DNA of 64,000 nt from the human T2T-CHM13v2.0 reference genome, Homo sapiens. The DNA lies in assembly GCF_009914755.1 (NCBI RefSeq), contig NC_060940.1, one strand, 5' to 3'. Within the stretch, counting starts at the first letter, position 1, and every line of letters starts with the position of its first letter. The position numbers and the translations under genes were made by a program. The notes under the pieces are model-generated. The model saw only the letters and a program-made list of their open reading frames with translations. It was not told where the DNA came from and ran no database searches. Below, piece after piece: positions 1-14,525 of the stretch.

Positions 1-679
1 CCAAGGCTGAGGGAGACAAGGGAGACTGAAGCCAAACAGCCAAACCTTTGTATGCAACAGATGTCTGAGCCCCACTGCATAACTCCATACTCCTGGGAGC
101 AGTGCCTGCACGTGTAAATTTTGCAAATGTTCTCTAGGTAGTTGCAATGCAGCTGCAGGCCGAGACATGCTCAACCGTGGTCAGGAATGCAGGTTTTAGA
201 GTCACTGGCCCTAGATTCTTCAAATTCTGACTCCACTGCTTGTCAGCAGTAGGAGCCTCATCGCCTCATATATAAAACAGGGTGATAAGAGAACCTAACC
301 GAGGTTTGTTTATGAGAATCAGGTGAACTGATACAGATAAAATATCTGGCACACAGTGAATATTCAACAAATGTTTGCTTTTGCCGACACTGTTGCCGTC
401 ACTCAAAAATGGCTGTTACTTGGGTGCTGAGGAGGAGTAGCCCAAGACACATATAAATGAGTTTTAGGGATAACTCTGATGTTCCTCACATCATCAAGCG
501 ACACAATTATAAGGAGGTTGCTGACTCTGTCTGCAGAGAGAACAGAGCAAATAAGGAGATGAGCCCAAAGTATAACAGGAGTGTGTCTGCCTTAACCTAT
601 GGGATGAATAAACCCAGAAGGATTGTAGGATAGGGAAGCTATGCCATGGCACATAGCTGACTTTGGGGCCATTTTCCCA

Positions 680-1100
680 TACTTTTTATTTTAAAAGACT
701 TCAGACTTACGGAAGATTAGAAAGAATAGCACAAGGAACACCATACAAGTTTCACCCACATTCACCAACTGTTAATATTTTATGACATTTGCTTCATCTC
801 TCTCTGTAAGTACATATTATATATAGATATAGATATATATGCACACACACATAGCATATAAAAGCTGCAGATACTATAATAGCAGGTATTTCTCCAAAAT
901 TAAAGAATCCTCTTACATAACCACCACACCAATTTCATACTTAAGAAGTTTAATATTAATGCAATAATATCATATAACATGCAATCATATTCAAATTGAC
1001 ACAGTGGTCCCAATAATGTTCTTTATAGCTTTTTTTAAAAAAAAGTCTAAGGGCCTATCAAGGGTCACATGTTGCATTTGGTTGTCATGTCTCTTTCATT
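680..1100 (-). mobile_element. Old L1M (L1MC-like) 3' fragment
   Basis: Resembles the antisense L1MC 3' UTR (ttttattttaaaag...tttcacccacattcaccaactgttaatatttt...gttgcatttggttgtcatgtctctt). Confidence 0.6.
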
Positions 1101-2856
1101 TTTTAGCTGTTCTTAGAAACTTATTCTCCATTTCGCGACCTCTAGGTGGTATCCAATTTGTATTTGCTCTCCCTAGACACCCCAGTGCCACCTGCCCCCC
1201 ATTCCCCATAAGCCCCTCCTGATTGGGCCCAGGCACTGTCTGTAATGACAGGAAATGAAGCTGCAGAGTGGGTCTTCATCACAGGTGAGTGACTGCCCTC
1301 ATCTCAACCTCTTCCTTCAGCGCAGTGAAGCCTGAGTAACGTGGTACTCACTCAGCCCCGGACAGCTTCGGCGTCTGCTAACAGTTTCCAACATAAACAA
1401 GGTCTTGCTAGAATCTAAATGACAAGGAAATACACTAGTGAAGGGAAATCCATTCTTTTTAGAGTCTCAAATCATCACACCTGGAAAGAACCGTAGAGAT
1501 CATCTATCTGACCCTTTGGTTTTACAGGTGAGGATTTCACCTGAGCCTGGTGTCAGGTGTCTTTAAGACATCAGGTATGTGAACTTGTATTGGTCTAGCC
1601 ATGCTAATCGAACTGGCGCTTATGACATTATCAGGGGCTCATGCCCTTGTGAGAACCCTCCATACCATCCCCAAAAATTGTTTTTAGGAGGCACAGAATA
1701 GCTCATCGTTTTAAAGTGTTCCAGAGGTAACATTTGATTCTAATACCCAAATCTGTCTTCTTCCCATAGTTTCCTGCCCACCCAGAGCTTGTCATCAGAT
1801 GCATGGCTAAGTGGTAAAGCCATTTCCTTCCTCCTGACACAGCCAGAAATTTCAAGCCCTATTTGCAACATAGCAGTGTGAAATCTCTGGCAGGTGCAGA
1901 TGGCACGGCTGCAAGTGCCAGAACTCTATGTGGACTCTTCAGGGGAGGAAGACACTTCTATCCCACTGGGCAGGAAACTCACAGTGGTTGTGTCACAGTC
2001 CTGCCTGTACCTTTGCATCCAGAGGAAACTGTGAGGCTTTGTTGGGGCAGAGACTGTGGCAGCAAAAGGAAGAATTTGCCAGAGCCACTTACAACAAAGG
2101 AGGATGTGATCTCGGGAAGTTTGCACCGCACCTCTCTCCCTTCTGGCACATACAACTTCATATTCCCTCTTGGATTCATAACAGCATAGTTAATGACCTA
2201 TATCTAAAAGATGGCTGGACCTATAGACTGAAGATTCACACCCATCCAAAACCATCAGCAAAGCTTTCAATTCCTATGGGAAGTGCAAGCCTGGGTTCAT
2301 ATAGTGCTCCCTCTTAGTCTAACTTGCTATAAATTTTACCTGAACAATAGAAGAGCTATTTGCAGAGTCTCTGGAGGAACATATTGCAACCATAAATATT
2401 AATGATAATGAACCTGGAAAGACCAGCTTAATAAAATAGCTGAAAATGAATTTATACATCATTAGCATTATGAGCTCCCAAATCTTCATCTCTGAACAGC
2501 TGGACTATCCCAGTAGAGGATGAGCAGGAACCCACGTAGATCTCCAGAGCGGTGCCTCCTGCAGACCCTTTTACTGGGTATGTTCTGGCTTTTGAAATAC
2601 ATTACCTATTCTCTTCTAAAGCCAAAATTACTACAGACTAAGGCTGGACACTTTGTCTCCCCTCTTGGTCTTTGAAAAATTACAATTATCCCCAATTTGT
2701 GTTTGATATGGGGCAAAATATCTCCACTCTTTTCGTGTTAGAAAATAATGTAATGTCCTTGAAATGGAAACTATCACGTGTAGGTGAAATGCCTATAGAT
2801 ATTCATTCAACCAATATTTGGTCTTATATTCTTTGTTGAAAAAAAAAGACAAGAAA

Positions 2857-3147
2857 GGCCGGGCGCGGTATCTCATGCCTGTAATCCCAGCACTTTGGGA
2901 GGCCGAGGCAGATGGATCACCTGAGGTCAGGAGTTACCAGCCCTGCCAACATGGTAAAACCCCGTTTCTACTAAAAATACAAAAATTAGCTGGGTGTGGT
3001 GGCAGGCGACTATAATCCCAGCTACTCAGGAGGCTGAGGCTGGAGAATTGCTTGAACCAAGGAGGCAGAAGTTGCAGTGAACCATTGCACTCCAGCCTGG
3101 GCAACAAGAGTGAAACTCTGTCTCAAAACAAAACAAAAAACAAAAAC
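2857..3147 (+). mobile_element. AluS (Sq/Sx-like)
   Basis: GGCCGGGCGCGGT start, two arms, A-rich tail, imperfect TSD aaagacaagaaa/aaacacaggaaa. Confidence 0.95.
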
Positions 3148-3989
3148 ACAGGAAAACATGGATCATATGTGGGGCATAACAGTTTTCAGAGAGGTATAAT
3201 CTCTTCTAATGGGGGACTTACAAATATAAGTTGGTCTCTCAAATCCTGAGAATCATAGGGCTAGAAGGCTCCCTTAACATAAAAGCATCTCTAATAATGG
3301 AAACTCAGGCATTCCCTGAGCAGTTTGGACTACATAAGGTTCAAAGTCTTCTCTGGTATGTTTCTTGTCCAAGATTTGACATAGAGGGTTAGCCGTGCAC
3401 CCAGCCATTCCTTGAACCCATAGAAGAGAACACTGAATCTTCTTACTTCCTCCTGGCTTCTTACCCCAGGAAACCTACATTCTGTATTTCCCTTCAGCAT
3501 ATATGGTTTCAAGACTCCCTCTATAGATGTCACCAGCCTAGAACACTCCTGCCACAAACAGAATTGATTTTAAAATTCTCTCTCTTTGGTCAACTTTACA
3601 ACTTGAGACACAATACGATACAGCTGAGAGAACATGACATCTGGGGCCTGACTCTATGACTTACTAGCAGAGCCAACAACTTTGAACCTCAGTTTTCCTG
3701 TCTACAAATGTGAAGAATGTCCACCCACAGCAGCCTTGAATTCTGAACTATACAGGCCAGTATAGATGCCAATTACTGTTATTAATAATAGCAATAGTGG
3801 CAAAATACAAGTTTACCACAATACAAGCCATTTAATGCATCTCACTGCGGCCTCTTCTCATCTTTAATTGTAAATATTAATAGGTTTACAGAGTGGTGAT
3901 CCTGTGGGGCACAGTTTTGTGTAATCCCTTTCCTTTTCATTTGGTTAGCATTTCCACATTCCCAACCATAATTCATATTGATGTGTAAT

Positions 3990-4395
3990 ACCCAAATGCA
4001 GTTTCATCAGGTTGGTCAGTGGTAAAGACGTGGTCCAGGTGAGGCCAATGAGAGATGTTTCCTTAGTATTTAGATGTGGAAGACAGAGAGAAAATTTCCA
4101 TGTGGCTTGACCTGTGCAGGAAAACACAGGTGCTGGGGGTAGCCGTGTGCTCCACATGGGAGTAGCAGAAAAAACCAGTTCTGAGAAGAAAAGAATGCTG
4201 CAGTTGTGCATTGTGACATGGAACGAGAGGTACAGTGTTCATTCCAGGGGCTCCCTGCAGTTTTCTGGTCCTCAGCTGCATTTTGGCACTTGGATTCTAT
4301 GTGGCAGCCCTGAGGTCTTACAATAAGTCTTCCATTTTGTGTACACTGCCAGAGTAGGTTTCTGTTGCCTGAAACCAAAAAGACTTTAACCAACA
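3990..4395 (+). mobile_element. Old MaLR LTR (MLT1J/K-like)
   Basis: The 3' end ggtttctgttgcctgaaaccaaaaagactttaacc resembles an MLT1 terminus. Boundaries are approximate. Confidence 0.5.
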
Positions 4396-4944
4396 ATTTT
4401 GGGCTATATTTGGGTCGCCCCTGGCTGTTTTAATCAGACACAGTGGAGGAAGAGGAGCCAGCTCAGGAAGTGAGCATTAATCAGAGGCTCTGAGCAATGG
4501 GGTCATGGTCACTCCCTCGCTAGCTTCCAATATGGCCAGTCAGGAGGACAGGGCACTAATGGGCCTGTCAGGAGGTGGACTCTGGGGGACAGAGAGACAC
4601 TGAGGTGTCACTCTCACTGGGGAGCAGGGACTTTAGTTTATTTCCACCTGATGAGTGGCATCTGCCTTTGTCATTGGCTACAAAAAGAATGGGCCACCTG
4701 GACTCTGGGCAGGTGCATTTCCGAAGCAGCACTCCAGGTGTCCGAGAGCGTCTGGAGTGGTGGAGATCCACACACTAGAAAAAAGGGATAAAGTACAGTA
4801 TGGAATAACATGACTTCCTACTCTCCCCTGTTTCCAGAAGGCAGTGAGGTACAGAAGAAAGGACACTTTTTTATAGCCAGACACGTCTGTCTTTGGCTCA
4901 CAGCCCGGCCATCAATAGTAAAAATAACAAGAAGAACAGCAGCG

Positions 4945-5310
4945 GCAACAGCTAACATTTGTTGATCATTTACTATGTGACAGGCACATTAAATCCTCAC
5001 AACAGTCTCATTTTACAGATAAGAACACCAAGGCATAGAAAAGTTTCACAGATTGCCCAAGGTCAATCAAGCTCTTAAATGTCAAAGGAGGCACCCAAAC
5101 CCCAATACTTGACTCCAGCACACACTGGTAGCCACTCCTTTACATGGCGTATTCACCAGACAGTTGGCAAGGAAATTAACCTCTCTGACCTCAGAATCCT
5201 CACCTGTAAAATACTGGCCGTGAATCCTGCACTGTAGGTTGTTAGGAGACTAAAAAAAAATCATAGAAAGCATCTGACATTTTGTAGATGTTCAACAATT
5301 ATTGCTATTA
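4945..5310. mobile_element. Two MIR fragments in opposite orientation
   Basis: cattttacagataagaacaccaaggcatagaa (minus) and aacctctctgacctcagaatcctcacctgtaaaat (plus) MIR core-like motifs. Confidence 0.6.
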
Positions 5311-5833
5311 TCATCATCAACATCATCAATGCTATCTGGAGAACCAATAAGTGCTGAGAGATGACCACCATGGCTGTTATGTTATCACTGTAAATATAAT
5401 CAATATCATAATTTTGACACTTAACAATATCTGATGGGGTTCACCTGACAGAGAAGTTACTCCTAATCTTTTCATCAAAGCCCCTCAGATCTCCAGCAAC
5501 CAACCATCCATATGGATCAACAGGATTTCAGATCACCATTCCATTCATGGAACATCCTCATATCTGGAATTGCCAAAAGGATTAACTTTCCCATCGAGAA
5601 TACATCTACTATTCTGTGTGTTCACCAAGCCTACACTTTATCCCATTATGTCTACACATAAAACTAGTTTGTTCTATGATTTATCCTCCTCCCACTGTCT
5701 ATACTTATAACCAGTTTGAAACATTCCTTCTTCCCCTGTCCCCATTCTGCCTATACATATAGCCAGCTTTTCTATTTTGTCTAGATTGGTTGACTAATTC
5801 AATCCATCAGACTGATTTTCTGTTCTGTATTGA

Positions 5834-6188
<355 letters not shown>

Positions 6189-8224
6189 TTGTTGTGCTTT
6201 TGACAGTCCATTAAGCTTCTGCATTGCCTTATTCTTATCCCAGTACCTGGCAGAAAAATCTAGCACATGGTGGGTGCCCAGTGTCTGAGGGTTAAATGAT
6301 CAATGTTTATCCCCATCCTATTTTCCTACTTTAGGAACACTGCTCCCTGGATCACAAGATTGGTTGCAAAAAAGGTCCACCAAGGTAATCAGTGCCTTTG
6401 AAGAAGACAGAGTTAGCTAAATCTCCTAAAAATACTCAAGACAGGATCCTGACCAATTAATTAGCAGCTTCAAAGCTTGAAGTTCTCAATTCACATTGCA
6501 AAATGAATCAAGGCAGGTCACTGACTCTCACAGGCCTCCTTCTGTATCTGCTCCTGCACAACTTTCTGCTTCTTGAATAGCCTCAAGGAAATATCTGGAG
6601 CCTCCTGATCAATGCCAGGAGAGCAGAAGGCCCGGCTTCTCAGAACAGGCTCCAGCCATCTCAGCTGCACCCTTTGGGGAGCATAAATGGGAGGCCTGTA
6701 TCAGCAAGTCCCACATCTCTGGGAAAAGAATCATCAGACTGCAATGCCCCAAATGGTGCCAGCAGCCAGATCTTGTATTCAATATGAGCTTTAAGTTGTT
6801 CACCAACTCTGAACCTTTGCATTGGGTATTCGATCATATCTCAGGGGAAGTGGAGGAAAGTAAATGTCTAGTATCGCCAAGAAAAAAAATTAAAAGCACA
6901 ACACCGTCAGTGAGGGCAGGAGGACAGGAAAGGGGATATTATCGGACATGTTTACCTATTCTTGCCAAACCTGGCAATTTCCAGGAGAGGCAAAGAGAGA
7001 TTATTAACCATTTATGAAATCTTGAATTAATAAAAACGCTGGCTCCATCTAAGGCTCTAACGGAAAGAAGGTGTGCTTCTTAATCAGAGAACCATTAACC
7101 AGGTGGCATCCCATTCTGCAAGCATTTAACCATAATTGCTTTAAGCCAGGCACACTTTATGCCCGTGAACAGACATGGGTGACGTCAGGTCTGCCTAAAG
7201 GAGCTCCTGGTGTAATAAGGGAAACAGGCATGCAGAGATGTACATGTTCAATACAGTAAGTTAATAGCAGCACATGAAGTATGAGTGAGGGACAGTGGAA
7301 ATGCAGAAAAAGGACTGCTGGTGTGCATGGTGTTTAAGGAAAGCTGCATTAGGACAGACACACCTGAGCTGGACTATAAAGGGGGAATAGGAGTTTATGG
7401 TGGAAAGAAGAGAGAAAGCACTATCTGGACAGAAGGAACCCCAAAGGAGGGCATGCTCTAGGCAAGTGGCTTTTCAAACCTTGCTTTAGGAAACAGTAGC
7501 CTTTGCTCACACAGAACCTTGATCAAAGGCCAGCAAAGCTACTCTCCATGAAGCAGGACGGGGCTCCTTTTCCATGCCATTCTCTCATCCTGCCCTTGGC
7601 CACTCCACACTTAACACACAGTGGTCCTCACCAGAGTCTCATGGAACCCCAGGGCTATACAAGCAGACTTAGGAAACCACTGAACTAAGCAATACAAATT
7701 CTGCATTTGCAATGGTTAAAGTCAGAACTGGGATGGCCTTTTGAAAGTTTTGATACTGTCAGGCCACCCTAGATCCTTCCAGTTTTACTCCCCTCATCAA
7801 GTCTGATGACTTCATTCTTTCTTTGGAGGTGTCTGAAATTACCACCATGGTCACCTCCTGCAAAATCAGTTAGTTGTGTGGGTTCCCCATCTCTCTTCAC
7901 ATCTGGAAATGACTTACAAACAAGGATCTATCTTCTCCCTGCATTTTCTCCCACCAAAACCCACAAATTTTATTTAATGAAAAGTCACATAGCACTCAAT
8001 ATACCTGGACAGTGTCCCAAGCCCCTCCCAGATCTAACCAGCACCAAGTAGATACTTCATAAAAACTTGAATTAAAAACACCCTTTCAAATCTCAGCTTA
8101 TTTTTCAAGATGATCTATTCCAGGGTTTTCCACACTTGCCTGATCATAACAGCAAGTTATGATACTTAAAAATCCTGGTACTTAAGAATCCAGATTCCCA
8201 GGATTCTGATTATCACTTCTCGTG

Positions 8225-8388
8225 TCTTTCTTTTCCAAGTGTGGTCAGGGAAGAGCAGCACCAGCACCACTTGGGAGCTTGTCAGAAATGCAGAATCCTA
8301 GGCCCTATCCCAGACCTACTGAGTCAGAATCTGCATTTAACCCGATTCCTAGGATTTTCTCATTCCCATTAAACTTTGAGAAGCACTA
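8225..8388. mobile_element. MER5A (hAT-Charlie) fossil
   Basis: gggagcttgtcagaaatgcagaatc...cagacctactgagtcagaatctgcattt...tttgagaagcact. Confidence 0.8.
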
Positions 8389-9924
8389 CTCCAAGTCAGG
8401 GGACTTTATTCCGCCACCCCCCACCCCCAGCAAATGCCCTGGAGGAGAGGGGCTATAATTGGGAAAGTGGGTGAACATAGCAGCTCCATCCCTCTTCTCT
8501 GAATGAATCTCCCTCCACTGCCAAGTCCAGGCCACCCACAGCCACAGTCAGGAACCCTGAGAGAAGAAAAGGACTATTGTATATAAGTCAAGGTATGCCC
8601 CCATCCTGACTAAAAGAAAGAGAAAGCAGACTCCTGTAAAATCCACCCAAAGTAGGGAATCCTGATTCCCCAGCCAGGTTTCATGCCCCCAAGCATTTGT
8701 GAGTTCCCAGGGGAGCCTCAGGCTGCCAGTGAGCCAGTCCACCCATTTTCCATGTGGCATCTCCATGACCTTCCCCTACACCTCCTCCAACCCTCTTCCC
8801 TTGGCACTCACATGTCCACAGGACAATGCCATTCCTTCCAGAACTACTGAGTTCTGAACATCACAGACACTTCCTACAGGAACCACTGAACTAGAGGATA
8901 CAACCCCACTCACCTGCCACCACCATGTCCTCCCATGCACGATTGCCACCTGCAAGTTCCGTCTGGAATTAGAAGACGGGAGTCCTGTTTGGGCACCTTG
9001 GGAAGTCTACTCTTTGAGTTTTCACATTTCAGAAAGTTTCCTAGATATAGACCTCATTCTCTAATCAGAATGGTTCTTTCACTCAGAGAAGGTGGTCTTA
9101 CCAAGTTAAGCCTGCTTGTCGTGACTTCCTCTTCACTTAGGGTGAGTTCTTTCCTGGGAGCTCCTAAACATGCATGCAAACGTATTTCTGATAGAGACAG
9201 CTTATTCATCGGCTAGATGTGCCTGGATCCCAGTGTGAACACAACCTGGGCTCAAACCAGGTTCCTAGAGCACGTGTGCAACGCAGTGTAGAGTAAAGGA
9301 GTCTATGCTTTGTTATAGTTATTTATGAATGTCACCCCACTTGATTTCAAAATTACCTAGCCTGGCAGGCCTTATTAATCCCATTTTTCTGATAAGGAAA
9401 ACGAGGTTCCTATGAGGGCAGTATCTTGCTCAGAGCTGCACTGTTTGACTCAAAGCTTCTTGAGTTCAGAAACTAAGCCTTATTTCTCACTATCTGTCTC
9501 CCCAGACCCTGTGCATTGTTCAGTATCTGCACTTCGTCTGTGCTCAGCAAATGTCTGTTGAATAAAAGAGTAAACGAATTGTGAATGTGGCCACAATCCA
9601 CATCGGCATTGGTGGGGATGCAAATAGGGACACATGCTTTAAATGAAAACACTCATCACTGGGAGCTCCACCTTCCAGATCCTCGGGACATCGGGGTTCT
9701 CTTGGACCTATCCCTTTCCAGCTCTTCCCAGACCACTGACCCTGGTGTACTTTCTATTCCTGTCAATACAGAAGACAAGATGGTCCACGCTCAAGGTTAG
9801 GATAATCACCTCCAACACAGCCAGAAACTCCCTCACATGTGTTTGTGGGCATATTTGTTTGTGTGTGCACACATGGGAACATTTTACAAGATATACATCA
9901 AGACAACATTAATCATAGTGATTT

Positions 9925-10108
<184 letters not shown>

Positions 10109-10167
10109 TGAGTGGGATTATGCCCAATTTTATTTTCTCCCTTTCCACCTTTACACTTTTCTTCTTC

Positions 10168-10545
10168 AATTTAAATTTGTATTGAGGCATGACATGCATA
10201 TAAAGAGCACACATCACTTAAGTACCTAGCTTGAGCAATTTTAACAAACTGAAACTATTCGTGAACCCAACACCCAAATCAAGACCCTACACATGACCAG
10301 CACCAAAAAGGTACATTTGGGGCTCCCTTTCGGTCCCTAATGCCCACCCCCAAGAGTCACCAAGAGCCTGATTTTTATCACCAGAGAAGAATTTTTTCTC
10401 TGTGTGTGTGTGTGTATGTACTTGGTATAAAGAGAATCTCACTCTTTTGTGTCTGGCTTCTTTCAATCATCAGAACTCTAGTGAGATTTGTCCATATTAT
10501 GCTGGAGCCATAAATCACTTGTTCTCATTGCTATTTATTGCTTTT
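10168..10545 (-). mobile_element. L1ME-like 3' fragment
   Basis: tttgtattgaggcatgacatgcatataaagagcacaca...aacacccaaatcaagac...tgtgtctggcttctttcaatca. Confidence 0.6.
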
Positions 10546-10778
10546 TTAGGCATAAAAACTAACATAAATATTTTTAACAGGAAAAAGAAACCAGAGAAGT
10601 CAATGCTTTCAGCCACTGGTCCCCAGATACCAGCAATCCAGCAATCTCAGTGGAAAAAACAAACACTCTGGAATCATAGGTTCAAATCCAGACCCGGCCA
10701 CTCACCTTTCCAGAGAGTGTTATTTCACAATGTGAGCCTCAGTTTCTTAATCTGAAAAATGGTGATCTTCATAGTTCC

Positions 10779-11573
<795 letters not shown>

Positions 11574-12518
11574 TAAACATGGATAGTTGTGTATAAATCA
11601 CCTGGCACCGACAGGTGCTCACACTTGTTAAATCTGTTCCCCATATCAACAGCAGGCTGGCTTTGCTCTGTGGCCACAGGCCTCAAATCATAAAATTCCC
11701 CAGGGTTAGAAGGAACCATAAATGTCCTGGACTCCTGGAGCCCTGAATTACTTAAATCACTCTTATCTCTCCCTGAAGAGTATTACGATGGCTTCTAAAT
11801 GAAATAACCAGGGACAGCATTCTCCCCGCAAAACTCCAGCTTTATTGCATTACAATCAGCACAGCCATCTCGAGTGGAGATGAAGCTGTGAAGAGCGGAT
11901 ATTAAAGCCACCAGCTGCTTTGAGTGTCCCCCAGATCGGCAGCTAGATTACTGGCCTGGGCAGCACCTGCACCCTCTCCCATTCTACCCTAGCTGGCTGG
12001 AGGAGGCTCTGTCCTTGGGCAAAAGTGGGCACCCCTTGTGAAGCACTCACTTTTCCTGGGAAAGAGGGCTACCTGCACCATAATCTAAAAGTACAGATAG
12101 ATGTTAAAAATAGGAAGGAAAAACATAGCAAACGCGGAATTATCTCTTTTCTTAAAAAAAGAAAATTCATTGTAACTGAATAATCCGTGGCACTGATCTG
12201 TATTCTAAGAGCAGGTTTTAGACTTGTTTCCCTCAACAGGAAGCGACCATCAGGGCCAGATACTGACAGGAAGCAGTTCTTTCATATTAATAGTTGCCGT
12301 TTATGTGCCGTGCACTCCTCTAAATGTTTAACAGTCTTTGAAGAAGCTATGTTCATCTTTGATTTGCAGATGAGGAAATGGAGATGTCAAGGAGGTAAAC
12401 AGCTTACCTCCGAACCCATGCAGCAGGTGGTAACAGAGCTGAGACTCAAACCCCATTCTGTCTGCTTCCAAGGATGTCCTGTTAAGCAGAGCTATGGCCA
12501 GGAATTTGGATTCAAAAG

Positions 12519-12902
12519 ATGTTTTAGTTTCCTTGAGTTTTACTGCAAATTGGGTGGCTTAAAACAACGTAAATGCTCCTCATCGTTCCTGAAGCTAAAA
12601 TCCCTCCTTATATCTTTCTAGCTCTGGTGGTGGCTGGCAATCCCAGGCTTGTAGCGGCACCACTCCAACCTCTGCTCTTAGGGTCACACGGCATTCTCCC
12701 TGTGTGTCTGTCTTTGTGTCATCCTCCTTCTTCTTACTAGGACACCAGCCCTACTGGATTAAGAGCCCACCCTACTCCAGTGTGACCTCATCCTAACTAA
12801 TTACATCTGCACCAACCCTATTTCCAAAGAAGGTCAGATTCTTAGATACTGGGGATGTGACTTCAGCATGTGTTTTGTGGGGACATGATTCAACCCACAA
12901 CA
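12519..12902 (-). mobile_element. MLT1B/C-like MaLR LTR
   Basis: gggtggcttaaaacaac...tgacctcatcctaactaattacatctgc...ggggacatgattcaacccacaaca. Confidence 0.8.
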
Positions 12903-12918
12903 AGCAGCCAGAAACTCA

Positions 12919-12921
12919 ATT

Positions 12922-12999
<78 letters not shown>

Positions 13000-13355
13000 T
13001 TCCTTCCTTCCTTCCTTCCTTTCTTCTTTCTTTTTTCTTTCTTTCTTTCTCTTTCCTTTTTTTTTTGATGGAGTTTTGCTCTTGTCACCTAGGCTGGAAT
13101 GCAACGGTGCGATCTCAGCTCCTCAGCTCACTGCAACCTCCACCTCCCAAGTTCAAGTGATTCTCCTGTCTCAGCCTCCTGAGTAGCTGGGATTACAGGC
13201 GCCCACCACCATGCCAGGCTGCTTTTTCTATTTTTATTAAAGATGGGGTTTTGCCATGTTGGCCAGGCTGGTCTCAAACACCTGACCTCAGGTGATCCAC
13301 CCGCCTCAGCTTCCCAAAGTGCGGGGGTTACAGGCGTAAGCCACCACACCTGGCC
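12919..13355 (-). mobile_element. AluS with tail expanded into (TTTC)n/(TTCC)n microsatellite (12919-13066)
   Basis: Alu body 13067-13355. TSD cagaaactcaatttct/cagaaattcagtttct encloses both the STR and the Alu. Confidence 0.95.
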
Positions 13356-14325
13356 CAGAAATTCAGTTTCTAAACAAGGAAATTCAAAGAAACAGAGGAG
13401 GGGCTTGTTCTCCTGCCTCACAGAGGGACCCCTGGTCAGGCACTCAGTGCCTTTGATCCTAAGTCTCCATCTCTGTCTTTGTTCACCTGCTGCTGAGGTA
13501 CTGGTCTCAGAAGAAGAGGCCAGCTCAGCACTGCAACAGGAATAAGGAAGAGCATGGGGGAGGGAGTTCAAGCTTCAAAATATGGTGCCCTCTTAATTGC
13601 AGTATTCTGAGGCAAAACCCTATGACCCGTTCTGGTTAAGACTCTACTCATAAAATACTTCTTCCAGATGGGGTCCTTAACTGCAAGCATGGAAACCAAC
13701 TCTGGATGATTTTAATTGAAAGAAAATCTATTTTAAAGATAGGATCTAGCTCACTCAATAGCCAAGAAGGCTGGAGGACCAGCTTAAACAGTGCCCAGGA
13801 GCAAGAGAGTCTAAGAGACAGCCAAAATCAGAACCAGCCAGCCCAATGCAGACATTAGTGCCACTTGAGCATGGTCCCGCTGCCATGGGCCCACAGCCCT
13901 GCTGCCAGTAGGCCTTTGACATTACTACTGCTACCACCACACTAACAGCAAAGATTCTTCACTACCCCTGACTTTTCAGGCCACTGGCTCCAGATTCATA
14001 GTCACTGGTTGAGCTTGAGCCTAGCACACCCATCTAAGGACTCGTTGCAAGGAAGTCTGGGAAAGCAGGAATCTATCTTCTTGAGCCTTAATAGAGAAAG
14101 ATGGCCACTGACTCCTCCGAAAATGAGTCATACACTGAGCAGTTACACAAATATAGGAAGGAGGTTCAAATGTTGGGCAAACAATGCAAAGTTGGTTTTT
14201 AGGGAAGATTCAATCTGGGTGTCCAGAAGCAAAGGTAAGATGGCAGGTGTCAGGGCCAAATGTGCTAAAAAGGGAGTTCACAGCTCATGGACTGGAGAGA
14301 CTGGTGCCAGAAGTCTCTGAGAGGC

Positions 14326-14525
14326 CACAGAGACAGAACATAGATTAGGGATTGCCCTGGGCTGCAGATGGGGGAATGGGGAGTGGCTGCTTTTTAAGGA
14401 GATAAAAATGTTTGGGAATTAGATTGTGGTGATGGTGGCATGACATTGTAAATACACTAAAAACCACTGAATTGTACACATTAAAAGGGCGAATTTTATG
14501 TTATATGATTTTATCTCAAAAAAGA
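14326..14525 (+). mobile_element. L1MB-like 3' end
   Basis: gattgtggtgatggtggcatgacattgtaaatacactaaaaaccactgaattgtacac...tatctcaaaaaa. Confidence 0.8.
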
